A stretch of 62,999 nt of DNA, counting the filler, from Aduncisulcus paluster (Eukaryota): assembly GCA_024181965.1 (NCBI GenBank). It is 11 parts of 11 records of this genome, joined end to end, with 100 filler letters (N's around TTAATTAATTAA, not from the genome) between each part and the next. Parts side by side here need not be neighbours in the genome. Positions count along the whole stretch, not along the records: positions 57,460 to 59,053 come from BQXS01009760.1; positions 59,154 to 61,279 come from BQXS01009761.1; positions 61,380 to 62,999 come from BQXS01009763.1; 8 more parts are not named here. One strand, given 5' to 3'. How positions within the stretch are numbered: the stretch's first letter is position 1; the number at the start of each line of letters is the position of its first letter. A program made the translations under genes and the position numbers. The notes under the pieces are model-generated. The model made no database searches. It was given only the letters and a program-made list of their open reading frames with translations, and was not told the origin of the DNA. Shown here piece by piece: positions 57,605 to 62,999 of this stretch.

Positions 57605-59053
57605 TCAAAGAAACAAATAATCTTCAGTAAACGATTGCAAGAACTTTTTGCTTTCTTCCAGTTCCTTTTGAATGCTTGAAATATCCTTTTCGCTCATTGG
57701 AGGTGGCAAAGGAGCCCTTCTGGTGGGCGGAGTCCTTGGAATTCGTTGAGGTTGGCCTATAGATTTGAGAGAAGGAGGAGGGAGACTTGGCAACGAAGGA
57801 CATTCACTTTTTATAGTTATAGGAGAAGAGGAGATTCCATATGTATGGATTTGCACCGATTGTTTTAATTTATCTTCCACATCTGAACATATTACTTCCA
57901 ATCGTCTCCTTTCCAATTGCATTTTCCTCCATTTTAGAAGATCATCCAATACTTGGCAAGGAACACATTCAGAAGAAGAAGACCTTCCTTTCTCTTCGTT
58001 TTCATCAATTTCAATGGATTCATTGGCAGCTTTAACCTTCCACGATTCACATAACTGTGTTGATACGAGTGTTAGAATATGCATATATTTTACATGAGAA
58101 CTATTGTAAACAACCAATCTATCGCGACGTTCCATCATTTTCTTGTATGATTGTCGCATATCAGAGAGTTTAATTAAGACTTTCTCAACGTTGGCAGGGT
58201 TCAAAAGGAATGATGTGGTTAAATGTGTGAAAGAATCAACTTGTTCCGGGAAGTTCTGTAGTCCTCGTTTGAAAGACTCTATGGAATGTTCGAGATATGA
58301 GGATATTTCTTTAAATAGCAATTGAGAAGAAGCAGAATATTGGAATGATGATGGTTTGAACCTTCGAGATTGACCAGTTTTTTGATGGTGTGGTATTTCT
58401 TGTGGTTTTTCTTGTGGGGAAGCCTGAGATTCCTCAGGATATTTTTGGTCCACACCGATTGAGTGTATATCATGGACTTTCTCATGTGGAGAAGAAGACG
58501 AACGAGGAGAAAAGTGTTGTTCTCCATCAGAAATGTTAACATCATCATCATCATTATTATTGGTGGCTGTGGATGTTTGAATTGTAGCCACATATTCAAT
58601 ATGGGCAGTATCTGTACCAGTTTGCTGGAATTGAGCCAAGACAGGAATATGCTTTTCTTTTTCTTTTTCTCTTTCCTTTCTTTCTTCAGTATAATCATGA
58701 GTGTGAATATTGACATCCTCATCGTGTTGAATATCATCAGAAACATATATAGAACTCTTCCTCTGTGATGGAGCTTCATCTCTCATTATACTAACCTGAT
58801 TGGACACTTCTCCAACAATCTCTGTCTTTAATAATGGTTCTTCTTCCTCTTCCTCTTCTTCTTCTTCTTCCTCTTCCTCTTCTTCTTCCTCTTCTCCTTC
58901 TTTCTCTGGTTTCTTCTCTTCATGCTTCTCTTCTTTCTTTTCCTCTTCTTCTTCTCTCAAAGCAGATTGCTCTGAAGAACTAGATTCATCTTCTTTCTCA
59001 GCCATGATTCTATTTATAGGTTGTTTTTGAGGAGATACGTCATCAACTCTGGT
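57605..59053 (-). CDS. Hypothetical acidic/coiled-coil protein, probably 5'-partial
   Basis: 466-aa ORF whose frame is open to the contig edge. Confidence 0.7.
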   Translation of the reverse strand, partial: TRVDDVSPQKQPINRIMAEKEDESSSSEQSALREEEEEKKEEKHEEKKPEKEGEEEEEEEEEEEEEEEEEEEPLLKTEIVGEVSNQVSIMRDEAPSQRKSSIYVSDDIQHDEDVNIHTHDYTEERKEREKEKEKHIPVLAQFQQTGTDTAHIEYVATIQTSTATNNNDDDDVNISDGEQHFSPRSSSSPHEKVHDIHSIGVDQKYPEESQASPQEKPQEIPHHQKTGQSRRFKPSSFQYSASSQLLFKEISSYLEHSIESFKRGLQNFPEQVDSFTHLTTSFLLNPANVEKVLIKLSDMRQSYKKMMERRDRLVVYNSSHVKYMHILTLVSTQLCESWKVKAANESIEIDENEEKGRSSSSECVPCQVLDDLLKWRKMQLERRRLEVICSDVEDKLKQSVQIHTYGISSSPITIKSECPSLPSLPPPSLKSIGQPQRIPRTPPTRRAPLPPPMSEKDISSIQKELEESKKFLQSFTEDYLFL

Positions 59054-59155
59054 NNNNNNNNNNNNNNNNNNNNNNNNNNNNNNNNNNNNNNNNNNNNTTA
59101 ATTAATTAANNNNNNNNNNNNNNNNNNNNNNNNNNNNNNNNNNNNNNNNNNNNAA

Positions 59156-61279
59156 GATATTCATGTTAAAGGATTCCCTGTTTTGATGGGACACAATCCA
59201 AGCCATTTCGTTGCTCAAACAGTTCTTCCAAAAGATTACTCAATTGCTACAGATATCGTCTGTAAGTTTGCCGGAGGTATTTTCATTCCTTGTGAATCAT
59301 GTTCCCTGGAGTCTTTCCCAACGTGGATATGGATTCAATACGAAGAAGAAGAAGAGGAGGAGGAAGAGGACGAAGAGGAAGAGGAGGAAGAAGAAGAAGA
59401 TGGGATCCTTGCTACCAAAATAGATTCTGAGAAAGTTGATGAGTTGCGTGATGTTATTTCTTCAGCGAGTGTTGTAAAACAAGTTGATCCACATACTCAA
59501 CGTTCACTTAACACAATTGATGGTAAAGGTGGTAAGATTAACGTTAGTTCTAATGATAATGAAGGTGAAGATGGGGAGGATAATGAGGATTTATTCATGA
59601 ATGTTCTTGCTATTGAAGAAATTAGTTCCCCTTTGCCCATTCTTCCTGAAGAAATGTCTGAGGATAGTTCTGGTGTGCTCACATCAGTCCATTCATCCTC
59701 TCAACAACAAAGACTCATCAACAACGTGGTAGAGCTACATTCAGAAGAAAAGAGGGCTGTGAGAGAGAGAGAGAAAGTAGCTCAGGGAAAAACAACAATT
59801 ATTGAGGGTATTTCTCCTGTTAAAGTTAACATTAACAACTCTTCAGCCTCATATCCTTCCCATGATTGCATTCATACCCCTGAAGCTGAGCATATCTCAA
59901 GAGAGACTGCTCATATTTCTTCGTACAGAGATGAAAAGGAGAAAGATGAGTTGGAAGAAGGAGAAGAAGACGTGCAAGACAAGGGAGAAGAGGAGAAGAG
60001 AGACTATCAAGACAAATATGGTATTAATGTTAATGTAAAACATGAACAAGAACCAACGGATCATTCTTCCCGAGATCAAATCAAACCACTGGCCTCTCTT
60101 GGCGCTGTGTCTCCACGTATGCTTGGTGTATCCTCTTCTCCTTCTCTTTCTTCAGGGTCTTCTTCCTCTTCTTCTTCCTCCTCTTCTTCCTCTTCCTCTT
60201 CTTCCTCTTCCTCTTCTTCCTCTTCCTCTTCACATCCTTTACCTGTTTCCCTATCTTCTGCATTCACTTCTCTCTCTGCCTCTCTTTCATCCCTTACACA
60301 CTCCCACACCCATACAACACAACAACTGTGTGAACTATCATCATCTCTGGCAGCAGAAGCAAAGAAACGACTGAGTGATTACGCATTACTCACAATGAGA
60401 GTGAGTAAGATGGAGGATGTTTGTAGACTATCGATACAAAGTACCAAAAATAGAATTGAGAAAGAATTTTCTGTGATTACAGCTCGTGTTAATCAGAATC
60501 TGGAGGAATGGAAAGAGCATTCTTCAGAGTTTTTCGAGACAACCACCGCTTCCCTGAAGTCTTCAGAGCGTGTGACCAATGAAAGGCTCTCCAGACAGCA
60601 ACAGGACCATCACGCAACGACTGCAGCCATCATCCGTGACTTGAGAAGGAGGATAGATTCTTTAGAGAAAGAGAAGAAGCAAGAGAAAGAGCAAATGTTG
60701 AGAGAACACGAGCAGGAAAAAGCTATCTGGGAACAAGAGAAATCTGCAATGTTGTTGAGGATTGATTCAGTTGAGAAACGAATGGCAAGTGTTGTGGCTT
60801 CCATTCCTTTTTCTTCACTGTCTGTATTTGCTGATGGCCTTCAGCAGGAAAGGAATGAGCGTCGTAAATTGGTAGAATATTGCCAATCTGTCCAAGATGA
60901 GGTCAGGGGAGTGTCGAGAGGGTTTACAACTTTCCAATCGGCAATGCGAGATGAGCTTTCAGAATTAAAGGTTTTCTCAAAACGTTCACTCCCTGTTTCT
61001 CATGCAACTCCTTCATCTGCCTCGACGACGATGAATCCAAATGTTATCCAACGGCAATCTATGCCATCATTCAAACGTTTCTCGAGGAGTGTTTCAAGTG
61101 GAACTCTTCACGACAGTTCTGTGAAGCCTGACAGAAGTAATAATAGGCATAAACTAGGATCCATATCCTCCTTTAAAGGCCAACAACATTCTATTGATCA
61201 AGTTCCTGGAACTCAACCAATGATGATCTATGCTTCTTCTTCATCTTCTTCTTCTTCTTCTTCCGTGTCTGAAAAGAGC
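59156..61279 (+). CDS. Hypothetical coiled-coil protein fragment
   Basis: Open edge to edge; poly-E, poly-S and long heptad-like region. Confidence 0.7.
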
Positions 61280-61916
61280 NNNNNNNNNNNNNNNNNNNNN
61301 NNNNNNNNNNNNNNNNNNNNNNNTTAATTAATTAANNNNNNNNNNNNNNNNNNNNNNNNNNNNNNNNNNNNNNNNNNNNGATGGACAAATTGCTCCACGA
61401 GCAAGTAAATCATCGATAAGTAATTGTAATGCTTCTCTACGGTCTGGGGATAGCCGACGAGGAGGACAGTTGACTGGATGGGTATCTGTTACCACAATCT
61501 CAACGGGATCTCCTTTACAAATCCCAACTTTTCTTGATTTAGCCTCATACTGACTAGTTAGTTTTTTAACAGCGTCCATAAGTTCTGGAGCTGTTCCAGA
61601 GAGATCAAATGAGCCAGTATCCTCTGTAGCCACCGGTACAGCGATTTCATCTTCTTCAAAATCCGCAATGACTTCGGGGAGGGACGGCAAACCTTCAGAA
61701 AACCAAGATGTTTCACGGATGAAAGGTTCTCCCAGTAAAACAGGAAACTGAGTGGATGATGACATTGGCACGTCAATAAACCAGCCTGAATACACTAACG
61801 GCTTACCCAGAGCGCCACGGATACGCAAACTCAACCAGGCTCGGCGGTTCGAAGTAACCACTCTTCCATCAGCTAATTCTAATGGGATATGACAATCTTC
61901 AAGCTTTTCCGGGGAT

Positions 61917-62275
61917 CAAGGCCCTCACCAGTGACGACCCAAAAATGTCCAAGGTGACGACCGGTGACGACCTCCCTTGAAAACCATCAAATTTCAGTAA
62001 AATATGTTTTTTTTTAGTTTTAATTTTACTACTATTCAGAATTATACATTCCCATTGCGAGGATATGTGATAACACAAGGAACATATATTACATATTTTA
62101 ATTTTATTCTGAGTATTTTCATGGATCAAGTCCAAAATGTGATGAAAATCAGATGAAAATGTGACTTGATTTTACGATGAAAATGGGGCAAGGTGACGAC
62201 CGGTGACGACTCAAATCAAAATTTCGATGAAGGTGACGACCGGTGACGACCTGGTCGTCACTGGTGAGGGCCTTG
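61917..62275. mobile_element. 359-bp non-autonomous DNA transposon (MITE), hAT- or P-like
   Basis: Perfect 23-bp TIRs CAAGGCCCTCACCAGTGACGACC (61917-61939 / 62253-62275). 8-bp TSD CCGGGGAT (61909-61916 / 62276-62283). AT-rich core. Confidence 0.93.
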
Positions 62276-62413
62276 CCGGGGATAGCTTCGCTAATAAAGA
62301 AGAGCTAACAGCATTCGCAGTGGACCCAGTGTCAACCAAAGACAAGACTCCTGGGTGTTCACCAGAGCAAATAAATTCAACCATCTGACCTCGTTCTCCA
62401 GATGTTACGACTG

Positions 62414-62998
62414 TCAAGGCGCGGAGAGATTCTTTTTTTCAGTACGGGAGGGGCAGCGGTTGGCATAGTGGCCCTTTTGACCACATCGAGAACAAGTGAC
62501 CGTTTTCACGAACTCTTTGAAAGGTAGCCGAGTACTTGTTGACGGTTCAGGTTTAACCGCAGTCTGATCTCGCTTCTTCTTTCTGCATTCGGCCTCTCGG
62601 TGTCCCAATTTCTTGCAATAAAAACAACGGATGCGTGAAGAACTGGATTGAGTAGAAGCTCCACCAGAACGGGTCTGAGTATACTTACGGGCCTCATCCA
62701 GAACCTCCTTAACCATAGCAGCTTCCTCATACAGGACACGAATACAGTCCTCAACCTCAGGTTCCTCTTCAAGCGCAACGTCCATTCGAGTTCTGAAAAC
62801 TGGATTCCTGATACACGCCAAGACCAGTTTGCGCATTAATTCGTTGGAGGGCAGCTTGCTGTCAGGGGTGGAATCAATAACTTCCACAAACTTTTCAACA
62901 AACGACGTAACTTCGACTTCAGTGACTCCCGTCAAGGACAAACGCTGTATGGCATAGACGCAGTCGAGTTTAGACCCAGCAGCAAACAGCTTATCAAC
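62414..62998 (-). CDS. gag: Gag C-terminal part with two zinc knuckles
   Basis: CFYCKKLGHREAEC and CSRCGQKGHYANRC; open to the window edge. Confidence 0.9.
   Translation of the reverse strand, partial: VDKLFAAGSKLDCVYAIQRLSLTGVTEVEVTSFVEKFVEVIDSTPDSKLPSNELMRKLVLACIRNPVFRTRMDVALEEEPEVEDCIRVLYEEAAMVKEVLDEARKYTQTRSGGASTQSSSSRIRCFYCKKLGHREAECRKKKRDQTAVKPEPSTSTRLPFKEFVKTVTCSRCGQKGHYANRCPSRTEKKNLSAP
62432..62438 (-). promoter_or_regulatory. Candidate -1 ribosomal frameshift heptamer A_AAA_AAG at the gag-pol junction
   Basis: Gag reads GAA AAA AAG AAT CTC TCC GCG CCT TGA. Pol lies in the -1 frame with a TGA immediately 5' of the heptamer. Confidence 0.78.
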
Positions 62999-62999
62999 C

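Larger units (their letters stand above)
61380..62999 (-). mobile_element. Ty3/gypsy LTR retrotransposon internal region (gag-protease-RT start), interrupted by a MITE
   Basis: Gag with two CCHC knuckles, protease LVDTGST/LADG/VLLG, then the pre-RT motif PPRRLSP...IDDLLARGAI.P. Protease followed directly by RT is the gypsy order. Confidence 0.92.

Noticed and set aside
53213-62999. Retroelement island of three elements
   Set aside because: Each element is on its own small contig; there is no evidence of linkage.

Overview
Eukaryotic (protist) draft assembly, gene-dense and intron-poor, with abundant poly-E/poly-S tracts. The style suggests a free-living fornicate/metamonad such as Aduncisulcus, but that is inference only. 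The window is 11 unrelated contigs joined by artificial 100-nt N/TTAATTAATTAA linkers, plus eight 20-N scaffold gaps, most flanked by duplicated sequence, so adjacency across linkers means nothing. Recognisable host genes: a Ctf4/And-1-like ORF missed by the ORF track, Pol theta (POLQ), REV3 N-terminus, TBCE C-terminus, cyclin Y-like, FYVE+ARM, WD40, a TPR gene with a 120-nt intron, bacterial-type PgsA, a large type-I membrane protein, and two copies of an atypical kinase attached to different repeat modules. Mobile DNA: an RLE-type non-LTR element, a second 5'-truncated non-LTR RT, and a Ty3/gypsy element with a -1 slippery site whose protease is split by a 359-bp MITE (23-bp TIRs, 8-bp TSD). 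Most unusual signals: the modular kinase family, three +1 frame breaks at (AGA)n runs, and a multiply frameshifted DUF5692-like membrane gene. Family assignments are by motif recognition, not database search.
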